Shown here piece after piece: positions 28,809 through 38,434 of a stretch of DNA of 64,000 nt (positions are counted from its first letter, which is position 1; every line of letters begins with the position of its first letter). A model generated the notes under the pieces. The model did not search any database. It had not been told where the DNA came from and was given only the letters and a program-made list of their open reading frames with translations. Origin of the DNA: an uncultured Chlamydiae bacterium (GTDB taxonomy: Bacteria > Chlamydiota > Chlamydiia > Chlamydiales > JAJFMB01); contig CAVOJR010000001.1 of NCBI GenBank assembly GCA_963696295.1, forward strand, positions 2,720,001-2,784,000, read 5' to 3'. Made by a program: the position numbers and the translations under genes.

Positions 28809-29597
28809 TTAAGCTTTGGAAAAAAGGTAAACATCGGGGCGCATTTCACACAGCTCCTTAAACTCCTGTTCAGATACAGATGTATGGCTGATGGAGACAG
28901 TTTTCAGCGGATTGCCGCTTTCCAGCAAAGCCTTCACCCCTTGAAAGGTGATCCCCGGATTCAGATCCACAACTGCCGACCGAAGTTTATTGCTGTGCTC
29001 AGCAAGGGAAAGCAGGCTTTGATCAGTGAGTTTTCCAGGATCGTTTTTATCAAGGCCGGCGACACACAAGTATTCTAATTCAGGACAATGTCTGGCAAGC
29101 GCTTCGATCGCTACGTCAGTGATCTCTTGTCCATCGAGAGTGATACTTTCTAAAAGAGGACAACCGGCAGCTATTTTTTCTACCCCTCTATCAGTGACGT
29201 GCCCTTTTAGCATCTCCTCGGAAAGATTGTGCATATAATTAATATACCTGGAATTAATGCACAAAATTCGAAGATCAGGACATCCTGAAGCTAATGCTGT
29301 GAGTCCTTCATCGGTGATCGTAGCTCCGCTCACCATCAGAATTTGAAGGGCCGGGTATAGCTCGCCAATTTTTTGGAGGGCTTGATCAGTGACTGCTATA
29401 CCATCTCTTAATTCGATGCACTCCTCTGACGTTTCCGTTTGCGCAAAGGGTCCGACGATAATTCGTGTGATTTTTTCCGGCTCGGAATAAGTGCTGACTA
29501 TTTGAGCCATTTCGTCGGTTTCTTGGCCATGCAGGCATACAAACGAACAGATAAAGGCTAACAAAAATATACATATTTTATTCATAATAAGCTCCAT
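28809..29597 (-). CDS. Cys-containing leucine-rich repeat protein (F-box/LRR-like repeats) with signal peptide
   Basis: Repeats ITDEGLTALASGCPDLRIL, VTDRGVEKIAAGCPLLESI, ITDVAIEALARHCPELEYL. Confidence 0.9.
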   Translation of the reverse strand: MELIMNKICIFLLAFICSFVCLHGQETDEMAQIVSTYSEPEKITRIIVGPFAQTETSEECIELRDGIAVTDQALQKIGELYPALQILMVSGATITDEGLTALASGCPDLRILCINSRYINYMHNLSEEMLKGHVTDRGVEKIAAGCPLLESITLDGQEITDVAIEALARHCPELEYLCVAGLDKNDPGKLTDQSLLSLAEHSNKLRSAVVDLNPGITFQGVKALLESGNPLKTVSISHTSVSEQEFKELCEMRPDVYLFSKA

Positions 29598-29714
29598 GTT
29601 TGGTTGGGCATAATCAAGTGTAAATTAAACGGACACTAAGTTTCAAGATTTTTATTATAAAGAGATTATAAAGAAAAGGGAGGGGGTCTTGCTTTTTTTC
29701 TGTTCGGGGCCTAT

Positions 29715-30680
29715 ATGTTAACTATGATTGATTATTTCTATTTTGCCTCATTTTTTTTGTTGATAGCCTTTTTGGTGTTTCTCGATCTCAAAGTCATTCA
29801 TAAAACTCCAAAAGCGATGAAGATAAGAGAGGCTCTAGCCTGGAGCCTGTTTTGGATCGCTCTCGCCCTTCTCTTCAACGTGGCGGTCTATTTTATCTAC
29901 GAAAATGGCTCCTTTGACGAGAAATTCCTCTTATTGCCTAAATCGGGCAGCGAGGCAGCGCTCCAATTTTTCACAGGCTATTTGCTGGAAAAAAGCCTCA
30001 GCCTGGATAATATCTTCGTGATTTCGATGATTTTCTCCTCCTGTAAAATCCCTCCCCAATACCAGCAGAGGGTGTTGAGCTGGGGGATATTAACAGCAGC
30101 CCTGCTCCGGGGAATCATGATCCTGGTGGGCATCGCCCTGGTCGACAGCTTTTCCTGGATTCTCTATCTCCTCGGATTATTTCTGCTAATCAGCGGGCTC
30201 CGCCTCCTTTTTTTTGGGGGAGAAGAAAAAAAAAAGGAAAATGGCCTCGCCCGATTCTTAAGCAGTTTTTTTCCCATTACGGAAAAGCTGCATAAGGAAA
30301 ACTTCTTCGTTAAAGAAAATGGCGTCTGGAAGATGACCCCGCTGTTCCTGGCGCTCTGTCAAATTGAAACAGCCGATCTGGTCTTTGCCGTCGATTCCAT
30401 CCCGGCGATTTTTGCCATCACGCTAGATCCCTTTATCGTCTTCACTTCGAATATTTTTGCCATTTTGGGGCTGAGGTCCCTTTATTTTGCCCTGGCTTCA
30501 ATGATAGAGCGCTTTCACTATCTCAAACCGAGCCTGGCGATTATCTTGTGCTATATCGGCCTGAAGATGCTGATTGCCGATATCTACAAAATCCCGAATT
30601 TAGGTTCGCTGGCCATCATCATCGCCATACTCGCCGGAGGGGTCATTTTGTCTCTACTAAAAGAGAAGACTTCTTCTTGA
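29715..30680 (+). CDS. TerC/Alx family membrane protein
   Basis: GYLLEKSLSLDNIFV, IETADLVFAVDSIPA, TSNIFAILGLRSLYF. Confidence 0.95.
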   Translation: MLTMIDYFYFASFFLLIAFLVFLDLKVIHKTPKAMKIREALAWSLFWIALALLFNVAVYFIYENGSFDEKFLLLPKSGSEAALQFFTGYLLEKSLSLDNIFVISMIFSSCKIPPQYQQRVLSWGILTAALLRGIMILVGIALVDSFSWILYLLGLFLLISGLRLLFFGGEEKKKENGLARFLSSFFPITEKLHKENFFVKENGVWKMTPLFLALCQIETADLVFAVDSIPAIFAITLDPFIVFTSNIFAILGLRSLYFALASMIERFHYLKPSLAIILCYIGLKMLIADIYKIPNLGSLAIIIAILAGGVILSLLKEKTSS

Positions 30681-31644
30681 GGATCTCCTCGGCTTGCTGA
30701 TTCAGAACTGCTAAAACCTTCGCTTGTTCAACAATCTGATCTTTAATCTGTTTGAGTTCTTGGCGGGCGTTGGTTAACTGCTGGGCATGGGCGGCGAGGG
30801 AGTCATCTATGCGCTTGAGCTTGCCAATTTTTGTTTCCAGCTCGGCGAGCTCCTTCTGCCTTTGCTGGCTGCTCTGGATAATACTGGCAACTAATGAGCT
30901 CAGCTTTTCCGTTTGTTCTTTTAGCTCCACATTCTCTTGGTCAAGGCGATTGACGTCGCTCGTCGTGGTTGCGGCATCCTGGGAGATTTCACTCGAGGTT
31001 TTGCTCAAAGTCGCCAGTTGCGTTTTGAAATTAGAGACTAGCTCTTTAAGCGCGTCATTGTCCTTATCCATTCCCTGCAGGGTTGCGACCAGGGCTTCAG
31101 AACATGCTTTGAGCGGTTTGATTTTCGCGTCAAGCTCTTGATTGGTTTTTTTAAGGTCTTTGAGCAGAGCCTCGGTCTGTTCCCGCTCCAGTCTGATTTG
31201 AGTTAATTGAGCCGTTAATTCTATATTCTTCTGCTTTTCAGCTGCCAGGTCCTCTTCTAACTTTTTCCTCTGATCATCCAGCCTAGTCGTTTGCTGGTCA
31301 AGACGATGCTCAACGATAGAAGCCTGATCGACATCCTGGGTGAAATGATTGACTGATGATTCAAAGGCTGCGATAGGAAGGCACACAATCACTTCTGCGG
31401 CAGAAGATATATTGAGGGTGCCGGTGATAGCTAAAATGGGGCCGACGATATGATATCCTTCCAAGTAGGCATACCCGCAACCTGCAAAGGCTATCACCCC
31501 TCCCACTCCATAGGCCGATGCCGTAAATAGCTTAAAGAATCTCTCCTTAGAGCATGGAGTTCTTTCGCGATTGGCTTCCAGATCGCGTTCGCGCGCGGCA
31601 GGGGCCACACTGTTATATCCGCAGAGTCTATTGAATATTATCAT
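30643..31644 (-). CDS. IncA-like protein (bilobed hydrophobic domain plus long coiled coil)
   Basis: Hydrophobic stretch at about residues 40-93, then heptad-rich tail. Confidence 0.7.
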   Translation of the reverse strand: MIIFNRLCGYNSVAPAARERDLEANRERTPCSKERFFKLFTASAYGVGGVIAFAGCGYAYLEGYHIVGPILAITGTLNISSAAEVIVCLPIAAFESSVNHFTQDVDQASIVEHRLDQQTTRLDDQRKKLEEDLAAEKQKNIELTAQLTQIRLEREQTEALLKDLKKTNQELDAKIKPLKACSEALVATLQGMDKDNDALKELVSNFKTQLATLSKTSSEISQDAATTTSDVNRLDQENVELKEQTEKLSSLVASIIQSSQQRQKELAELETKIGKLKRIDDSLAAHAQQLTNARQELKQIKDQIVEQAKVLAVLNQQAEEILKKKSSLLVETK

Positions 31645-32630
31645 TTTTTTATTTCCCTAAGCTTCGTTTTTGATTTCTCAATGAGTTTTTCTAACTCTGC
31701 CTGGTTTTTGGCCGATTTGGCTATTTCTGCTTTGGCTTCTGCAGTGGCCTGGCTGATTTGATCGGCATCTGCTCCCTCTTTTTCCAATACCGAGATTAAC
31801 TTATCGATTTGCAAGGATTTGATCTCTTCTTTTAACTTTTCTATCGAGGCTTCCACCTCTTTATAGAGGGACAGGATCGAGTTGACGACATTTTCCAGAC
31901 TATCGATCAATTTTCCCAAGATAGTCAGATGCTGCCCCGTTTCACTATTTTCTTTATCTAAACGGGAGAGGGAATCTTTTAGGGCGGCATTGCTGGTTTG
32001 TATCGTTGACTTTTGCTCTTCTATCGATTTTTTAAGGTCATCATTGAGTTCTTTCCGGTCTTTGGTAAAGTCGCTGATTTTTCCGGCCAACTGTTCTATG
32101 CGGTTGCCAAAAGTGGAAGGGATCTCTTTGAGCGTCGCAACATTTTTTTGCAGAATGGTTATTTGAGCCCCTGTCTCGCTCAATTGTTTGGTTAAGAGGG
32201 AAAGCTGGTTGTCCCTCTCTTTCATCAGCTGCTCGTTACTTGCGTTCATTTTCTGAAGCTGATCTACATCAGATTTGAGTTTCGTGATTTCGCCAGACAA
32301 TCTCTCTGTATCTGCTTTGTACTTCTTTTCAATTTTATCCAGATTTGCTGTGTCAATTTCAATGGAGCGGAGGAGGGAGTAGTGCTTGACGACAAAAGCG
32401 CCTATGAGGGCCGTCGGGGCTAAAGTCGCCGCTAAATAGAAAGCAACCCCGGTTGTAAAAATGGCTGTTACTGTTCCTTGAATGGTTCCGGCTATCATGG
32501 CATAATGGGTGAGCGCATAAATTTTTTTCTCATTCCATTCCCCTTTTGGCCAGGAGAGGGGTGTGAGAGCATCGACGACAAAAGCGCCAGCAGCTACGAA
32601 GGCTTCGCCTTTCAGGATATAGGAAACCAT
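31641..32630 (-). CDS. IncA-like protein (hydrophobic hairpin plus long coiled coil)
   Basis: AMIAGTIQGTVTAIFTTGVAFYLAATLAPTALIGAFVV then coiled coil; ATGA overlap with next gene. Confidence 0.7.
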   Translation of the reverse strand: MVSYILKGEAFVAAGAFVVDALTPLSWPKGEWNEKKIYALTHYAMIAGTIQGTVTAIFTTGVAFYLAATLAPTALIGAFVVKHYSLLRSIEIDTANLDKIEKKYKADTERLSGEITKLKSDVDQLQKMNASNEQLMKERDNQLSLLTKQLSETGAQITILQKNVATLKEIPSTFGNRIEQLAGKISDFTKDRKELNDDLKKSIEEQKSTIQTSNAALKDSLSRLDKENSETGQHLTILGKLIDSLENVVNSILSLYKEVEASIEKLKEEIKSLQIDKLISVLEKEGADADQISQATAEAKAEIAKSAKNQAELEKLIEKSKTKLREIKK

Positions 32631-32660
32631 GACAACCTCATTGGTTAAATTGGCAGATCT

Positions 32661-33710
32661 TTATATAGATGATGGGTCATGGATGTCAATAAAAAAGGCG
32701 CCACAGGTTTCGCTGCGAGGTCCCGGAAAGCTGGATCCCGGCCCTCCCGCAGCTCCTATGGCCAACATAGCCTTTCTGTAGATTCCGCAATGTTGAGGAC
32801 AGGGATTCCACTCATCAAAATATCCATATTTACCCTCTAGCTGGACGAGATGGGATTTGCAGATATATTTTCTATTGCGGGGCCCTTTAGCGAAGAGTTC
32901 CAAAGCCACATCATTTGTGGATAAGTTGTAAGGAAGAGTCCAAAGCGTGCATCCAAAAGCCATGACACACACTTCACTAGGCTCGAATTTTTTGAAGCGG
33001 CCCGCTTTGCAAAGACCCACCATTAATGCGATCTCAATGCATCGGGAAGATTTCCCGCACTGACATGCCTCTTCGCAACGCAAAGGCTGGATGCATCGAT
33101 GGGTGAGCCCATTATTTGGCTTGCTGAACCAATTTGGGCGAACTTGACTATTTACCTTCATCCATTCCTTCCGTTCAACGGAATTTGAGGCGCTCCATTG
33201 AATTGGGCTTAATATCTCTTTTGGGGCTTCCTCATCAAGGGGGGTTCGCAAAGCGAGAGTGCGCAGGAGGAGATATTCCGATTGGGTGGGGATGCGGGTT
33301 AATTCGTAAATCCATCGTTCAGTGGATTTATTTATTTTGTTGATTAATTGCAACATATGGTTTCGTAGGGGCTCGTCTACTTCAGGGCATTTATCATGAG
33401 AAACCGCAACCAGCACTAATCGAGTGCGCGGCACGACTGCCATTCCCATGCATCTATTGTATTTGGATAAGGGAAAGGGTTCATTTACAGAAATGGCTAA
33501 ATTCCAAAAATCCCGAACCGCCTGCAGGGTCGCCGCTTTAGCTGTTTCTGAAGGTTCTAAGGTGGAGCCGGAATTGTAGTGAAACTTGGCAACAGACCTG
33601 ATGCAGCGTAAAGCCCCTCTTTCTCTCTCTGAAGGCATTCCATAAATCCAAAGCGGATTAACGCTTTTTCCAAACCAATCCAATTCTTTTGGAAGAGTGA
33701 TTGCGTTCAT
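32661..33710 (-). CDS. Cys-rich hypothetical protein, possible Zn-dependent deaminase fold
   Basis: GGAGG SD; CxE (RCIEIAL) and PCxxxC (WNPCPQHC) motifs. Confidence 0.6.
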   Translation of the reverse strand: MNAITLPKELDWFGKSVNPLWIYGMPSERERGALRCIRSVAKFHYNSGSTLEPSETAKAATLQAVRDFWNLAISVNEPFPLSKYNRCMGMAVVPRTRLVLVAVSHDKCPEVDEPLRNHMLQLINKINKSTERWIYELTRIPTQSEYLLLRTLALRTPLDEEAPKEILSPIQWSASNSVERKEWMKVNSQVRPNWFSKPNNGLTHRCIQPLRCEEACQCGKSSRCIEIALMVGLCKAGRFKKFEPSEVCVMAFGCTLWTLPYNLSTNDVALELFAKGPRNRKYICKSHLVQLEGKYGYFDEWNPCPQHCGIYRKAMLAIGAAGGPGSSFPGPRSETCGAFFIDIHDPSSI

Positions 33711-33773
33711 AGATCCTCCCGATTATGGAGACGAAAGTATGCCAGGTTTAGAGATTATCGCGAAAGAGATTTA

Positions 33774-33798
33774 GGCTTCACCCGGGAAGGGTGAAGCC
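33774..33798. terminator. 10-bp hairpin downstream of the DAO-like gene
   Basis: ggcttcaccc-gggaa-gggtgaagcc. Confidence 0.55.
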
Positions 33799-33804
33799 AT
33801 ATAT

Positions 33805-34977
33805 TTAGTTGTAAGGATGGCCGTGGAAGAATTCTGAGTTTCTATCCAGCAGGCGCTTAAATTCCTTTTTATTCAACTCATCCTGCTCTGATTGGGACAA
33901 TTTATCCACATTGGGGATGAATGTGCCGCCCAGAACGCCAACGCAAGGAATTCCATCAACGTTTTCAGGTGTCACAGAGAGATTTTTTGGGAACATGTAA
34001 ATATATTCCTCTTTGCCCCCTTGTTTTACCTTCGAGTAGATCATGTATTCCATGTGTCCGCTTCCGGAGGAGGCGTTCAAAGTGACCAGGTGCCCTCTGA
34101 CAGGAATCATATTGGTGTCGGAATTCAACTCTCTGCCGCCGAGGCCGGAACAGTTGAAAATCACGCTCTCATCAATATCGTCGAAAGAATTAACCACGTT
34201 TTGTTCCACACTGATTCCCAGCTTATTCACTTCGGCATTGAGCTGCTTCATCAAAGTGGAGGTGTTCATAAAGTAGGTCATAAACTTGACATAACCGGGT
34301 TGAGTCACGCCGTTGCCGAAGTCTAAGGTGACATATTCCCGTGGAGGGATCATGCCGCGCGCTTCCAGATCTTCCACGCCGGCATCGGTTTCGACGCTGC
34401 AGAAAACAGGCATGAAATTGACGGCGTCGCTAGTGATGTAGGGGTGATTGCCCTTATCGATCTGCTGATAGGTTAAGAAGGTGTTCAAACCGATTTCATT
34501 GAGATTGGCTTGCTCTTCTGGCGATGTCTTTACAGATACTAAGGCGAAATAGCCGGCAGCTCTCCAGGAGGGGATATTGTAGAGGTCTTTTGTGTAAATG
34601 CCTGAAACAGTATATCCTAAGTTAGTCAGTTCAATTGCGGCGGTCAGTCCCATGCAGCCCGATCCGATAACGCGGATAGGCGTGGCTTTGTTCGGATTGC
34701 CATTTTGATAAAGTTCGATGGCTTTATTGACCGAGCCAAAGAGGGTGGTCCATCCGGAGCCGCCATGGCCGTAGCAGTTCACAACAGTTTTGCCATTGGA
34801 ATTTTCCAGGGAAATATTGAATTTCCCTTCGCGCATAGGCCTTGTGCAGACAAGTTCTTCCGAAATTGTTTCGGGAGTGAGTTGAGGGGGGGTGAGTTTT
34901 ACAATTTTAGGTTCATTGGCCTCAAGAGCGAATGAACATAGCATAACGGCGAATGTCATTTTGACATATGTTAGCAT
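33805..34977 (-). CDS. FAD-dependent D-amino-acid oxidase-like protein (permuted order), signal peptide
   Basis: CTRPMR, NCYGHGGSGW, IRVIGSGCMGL, IFNCSGLG, PVRGHLV, LGGTF. Confidence 0.88.
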   Translation of the reverse strand: MLTYVKMTFAVMLCSFALEANEPKIVKLTPPQLTPETISEELVCTRPMREGKFNISLENSNGKTVVNCYGHGGSGWTTLFGSVNKAIELYQNGNPNKATPIRVIGSGCMGLTAAIELTNLGYTVSGIYTKDLYNIPSWRAAGYFALVSVKTSPEEQANLNEIGLNTFLTYQQIDKGNHPYITSDAVNFMPVFCSVETDAGVEDLEARGMIPPREYVTLDFGNGVTQPGYVKFMTYFMNTSTLMKQLNAEVNKLGISVEQNVVNSFDDIDESVIFNCSGLGGRELNSDTNMIPVRGHLVTLNASSGSGHMEYMIYSKVKQGGKEEYIYMFPKNLSVTPENVDGIPCVGVLGGTFIPNVDKLSQSEQDELNKKEFKRLLDRNSEFFHGHPYN

Positions 34978-35128
34978 AAAAAAATTCTCCTTGGGTTAAA
35001 GCTGCTTTTTTGAAAGCAGGCTCTGGACTATAGTTTAGGATGTGTAAACAGGTCAATGTTAAAATTGCGGTTGTGAAAAAATTTCCAATCATCAATAGTA
35101 GTAACATTTTGAACTGAAATCAGGTTAT

Positions 35129-36883
35129 ATGGAACTTTTGCCCTCTTTTGTAATTATCTTCAGCCTCTCTCTTCTTATCGTCCTTATTTGCGACCGGTTA
35201 AGACTGCCCACAATCTTGGGGTTTCTCGTTACGGGAATCATCAGCGGTCCTCATGGCTTGAAGTTAGTCAGCCATGTCGATGACGTGCAGCAAATCGCCG
35301 AAATTGGGGTACTGCTGCTGCTTTTCAGGATAGGTATGAAGCTGAAAATCGGTAAAATCGCCGACATCAAGAGGTATTTCTTTATTGCCGGGCCCTTGCA
35401 AGTTTGCTTTACGGCCCTTGCCGGCTTTTTGATCGGGGCCTGTCTTGGCAAGCCGGTAGGAGAATCGGTTTTCCTGGGGTTTCTCCTCTCGCTAAGCAGC
35501 ACCGCCGTGGTTTTCAAAATCCTGGAAGACCGGGGAGAGTCGATCACCCCACAGGCTAAAGTGATGTTGGGGATATTGATCTTTCAAGACATAGCTGCGG
35601 TTCTGATGCTTCTCATTACCCCCCACCTGACTTCATCAGGACTCGAACAAATCAATTTTGCCTTCCTTCTGGATCTGTTAAAAGGGCTGTCGACTTTAGT
35701 GGTAGTCTTCCTGTGCGCCGAAAAGATCGTGCCCAATCTGCTCTATTACATCACCAAAACGCACCACAACGAGCTGTTTCTTTTAAGTATCTTAACGATC
35801 TGCTTCGGGGTAGCCTGGATGGCCTCAAGCTTAGGTCTGTCTCTCTCTTTGGGCGCTTTTATGGCCGGTCTGATTATTGCGGATTCGGAGTATAGCAGCG
35901 AAGCTTTGGGCGGGGTGATCCCCTATCAGGAGATGTTTACCAGCTTCTTTTTTGTCTCAGTGGGGATGCTGTTTCAGCTTGGATTCGTCCTGCTGCACCC
36001 CTTGGAAATCGCTTTTTTTACTTTGGGAATCATCGCCTTAAAAACCTTCATTGCCGTTGCCGCTATCATGCTTACGGGCATGCCGCTTAGAACAAGCATA
36101 CTGGCCGGCATCAGCATCTCCCAAATCGGGGAATTTTCCTTTGTTTTGATGCGCCTTGGCAGCCAAGTCGGCATCGAGTCGGAGTCGTATGGGCAGTGCT
36201 TCATGGCTGCATCGGTGTTGACAATGTTTCTGACCCCGGCCCTGATGTATGCCGCCCCCGCGCTTGCGGCATGGGCTCTTCGCCTGCCACTTCCTCAAAG
36301 GCTGCGAAATGGGTTCAGTCCCATCGATGCTCCCCAAGAAAAAGCGGAATTTAGCGACCACTTGGTCATTGTGGGTTATGGGTATAACGGCAGCCACCTG
36401 TCGCGGGCCGCTAAAGAGGCCAAAATCCCTTATGTGATTTTAACGATGAATACCGAAGTCGTGCGCGCCGGGAAGTTGAAGGGGGAGCCGATCTTTTTTG
36501 GCGATGCGACCCATGACGCTGTACTCAGCCATGTCAATATAGAGAAAGCCAAAGGCTTGGCCGTCATCATCAACGATCCTGTCGCTACCGAGCGGATCGT
36601 TTCCCATGTCCGTTCCCTCAATCCCGAGATCTATATTATCGTCCGGACAAAGTATATGCATGACGTATCGGCGTTGGTGCAATCCGGGGCAAACGTCGTT
36701 GTTCCCGACGAATTTGGGGTATCGGTAGAGCTTTTCAGCCAGGTTCTGCACCAGTTTGAGGCGTCTCAGGAACAGATTGCAAAAAGCGTTCAAGATGTAA
36801 GAGAGGAGGGATACCGGATCATCCGTCCCGCACTCAAAAAGGTGATCCCAAACCAGGCCGAACCCGCAATTTTTCCCTCTTAA
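35129..36883 (+). CDS. CPA2 (Kef-type) cation:proton antiporter with TrkA-N domain
   Basis: AEIGVLLLLF, SLSSTAVV, GILIFQDI, SQIGEFSFV, IVGYG, FGDAT. Confidence 0.94.
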   Translation: MELLPSFVIIFSLSLLIVLICDRLRLPTILGFLVTGIISGPHGLKLVSHVDDVQQIAEIGVLLLLFRIGMKLKIGKIADIKRYFFIAGPLQVCFTALAGFLIGACLGKPVGESVFLGFLLSLSSTAVVFKILEDRGESITPQAKVMLGILIFQDIAAVLMLLITPHLTSSGLEQINFAFLLDLLKGLSTLVVVFLCAEKIVPNLLYYITKTHHNELFLLSILTICFGVAWMASSLGLSLSLGAFMAGLIIADSEYSSEALGGVIPYQEMFTSFFFVSVGMLFQLGFVLLHPLEIAFFTLGIIALKTFIAVAAIMLTGMPLRTSILAGISISQIGEFSFVLMRLGSQVGIESESYGQCFMAASVLTMFLTPALMYAAPALAAWALRLPLPQRLRNGFSPIDAPQEKAEFSDHLVIVGYGYNGSHLSRAAKEAKIPYVILTMNTEVVRAGKLKGEPIFFGDATHDAVLSHVNIEKAKGLAVIINDPVATERIVSHVRSLNPEIYIIVRTKYMHDVSALVQSGANVVVPDEFGVSVELFSQVLHQFEASQEQIAKSVQDVREEGYRIIRPALKKVIPNQAEPAIFPS

Positions 36884-37274
36884 TCAACTTCCCTTAGAGC
36901 CAGGTTCTGCACCAGTCCAGGCCGAACCTGCAATTGTTCCCTCTTAATCAACTTCCCTTAGAACCAGGTTCTGCACCAGTCCAGGCCGAACCGGCAATTG
37001 TTCCCTCTTAATCAACTTCCCTTAGAGCCAGGTTCTGCACCAGTCCAGGCCGAACCGGCAATTGTTCCCTCTTAATCAACTTCCCTTAGAACCAGGTTCT
37101 GCACCAGTCCAGGCCGAACCCGCAATTTTTCCCTCTTAATCAACTTCCCTTAGAACCAGGTTCTGCACCAGTCCAGGCCGAACCTGCAATTGTTCCCTCT
37201 TAATCAACTTCCCTTAGAACCAGGTTCTGCACCAGTCCAGGCCGAACCGGCAATTGTTCCCTCTTAATCAACTT
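36853..37274 (+). repeat. 64-bp tandem repeat (6 full units plus 38-bp partial) derived from the 3' end of the antiporter gene
   Basis: Unit starts 36853, 36917, 36981, 37045, 37109, 37173, 37237. Confidence 0.95.
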
Positions 37275-37349
37275 TCTGTACTAAGTTTATTCACCCTTAA
37301 TTAAATAATATTATATTAATAGTGGGTAACTTTGTTAGGAGATATAAAT

Positions 37350-37853
37350 ATGGGTTTTTTAGGGGCCTTAAGAACGGAGGCTGTAAGTTTATTAGAAAGT
37401 GTTTCCAAGGTAGCAGGGGGATACGCCGCCGGCGTGGCCAAGGCTGTGCCTCAGATGTCAGAAAATGCTTCGCAGATATTTAAAACCTTGGTTGAGCAAA
37501 ATAGAGAGGCGCTGAAAGGAATACCACAGGAGAGTATCCTTGGATTTCACAGGACATCACCGGAAAATGCCATCAACATTTTAAAAACGCAAGAGTTTAT
37601 CTCGCGACGGGGGGGGTTGCACTACGGGGAAAATCCTCAGGCAAACCAGTCATTTGGTCCCTCTATTCTTATGGTGACAAAGAGAGGGGGTCAACTTCAT
37701 GAACAAGTGTTTTCTAAGGATAATAAGAAGATCTTTCCCTCAGAATTCGAAAATGTCTCTTTCACGCCCTATCGCTATGATGATTCGGCGGAAAATGGCA
37801 TGAGGTTTAAACCAGGATATGAAGATTTCGAACAGACATTTTATGGAGATTAA
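37350..37853 (+). CDS. hypothetical protein, possible ADP-ribosyltransferase-like fold
   Basis: AGGAG SD; GFHRTS..NA..I, GLHY, SFGPSILMV, HEQVF...IFP. Confidence 0.6.
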   Translation: MGFLGALRTEAVSLLESVSKVAGGYAAGVAKAVPQMSENASQIFKTLVEQNREALKGIPQESILGFHRTSPENAINILKTQEFISRRGGLHYGENPQANQSFGPSILMVTKRGGQLHEQVFSKDNKKIFPSEFENVSFTPYRYDDSAENGMRFKPGYEDFEQTFYGD

Positions 37854-38016
37854 CATGTTCTCTACGTTGGCATTCGGAAAAAGAGGGATGTTTGCGGAAG
37901 TTTCGCGTATGGCGGCCTGCCTTGCCGTGCAGGCCGTGCGAAAAAAGAAAGAGCAAGTCAGAGTTGTTCCTTCAAGGAAGTCTTCACCAATAAATAAATA
38001 GTCATTATACTCCCGG

Positions 38017-38403
38017 ATGATACCGGAGAGTATGATGGAAAAACTGATCAAAAAAGCCGAAGAACTAGGCATAAACCATATCAAGAGGCACATATTTCTA
38101 TGTGCCGATCCAACCAAACCCAAATGCTGCAGCCATGCTGACGGATTAGCCTCCTGGGAGTATCTCAAGGGCAGGCTGAAAGAACTCAATTTGAGCGAGT
38201 CGGGCGGAATTTATCGAACCAAAGCCAATTGTTTGAGAGTGTGCCTGCAGGGGCCGATCGCTGTGGTATATCCTGAAGGGGTCTGGTACCATTCCTGCAC
38301 GCCTGCTGTTTTGGAGCGGATCATTCAGGAGCACTTGATAGGGGGAAAACCGGTTCAAGAGTATGTTTTTTTCAAAATGAATGGACAAATGAGATTAGAA
38401 TAA
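38017..38403 (+). CDS. thioredoxin-like [2Fe-2S] ferredoxin
   Basis: [48 protein letters not shown]. Confidence 0.93.
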   Translation: MIPESMMEKLIKKAEELGINHIKRHIFLCADPTKPKCCSHADGLASWEYLKGRLKELNLSESGGIYRTKANCLRVCLQGPIAVVYPEGVWYHSCTPAVLERIIQEHLIGGKPVQEYVFFKMNGQMRLE

Positions 38404-38434
38404 TTAAGATTTACTTGAAACCTAGGAGTCGCCA

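Noticed and set aside
30226..30235. A10 homopolymer in the TerC gene as a phase-variation switch
   Set aside because: The frame is intact, it encodes a Lys-rich loop usual in TerC proteins, and no variation can be seen from one sequence
36853..37274. CRISPR array (64-bp period)
   Set aside because: Whole units are nearly identical, so there are no unique spacers
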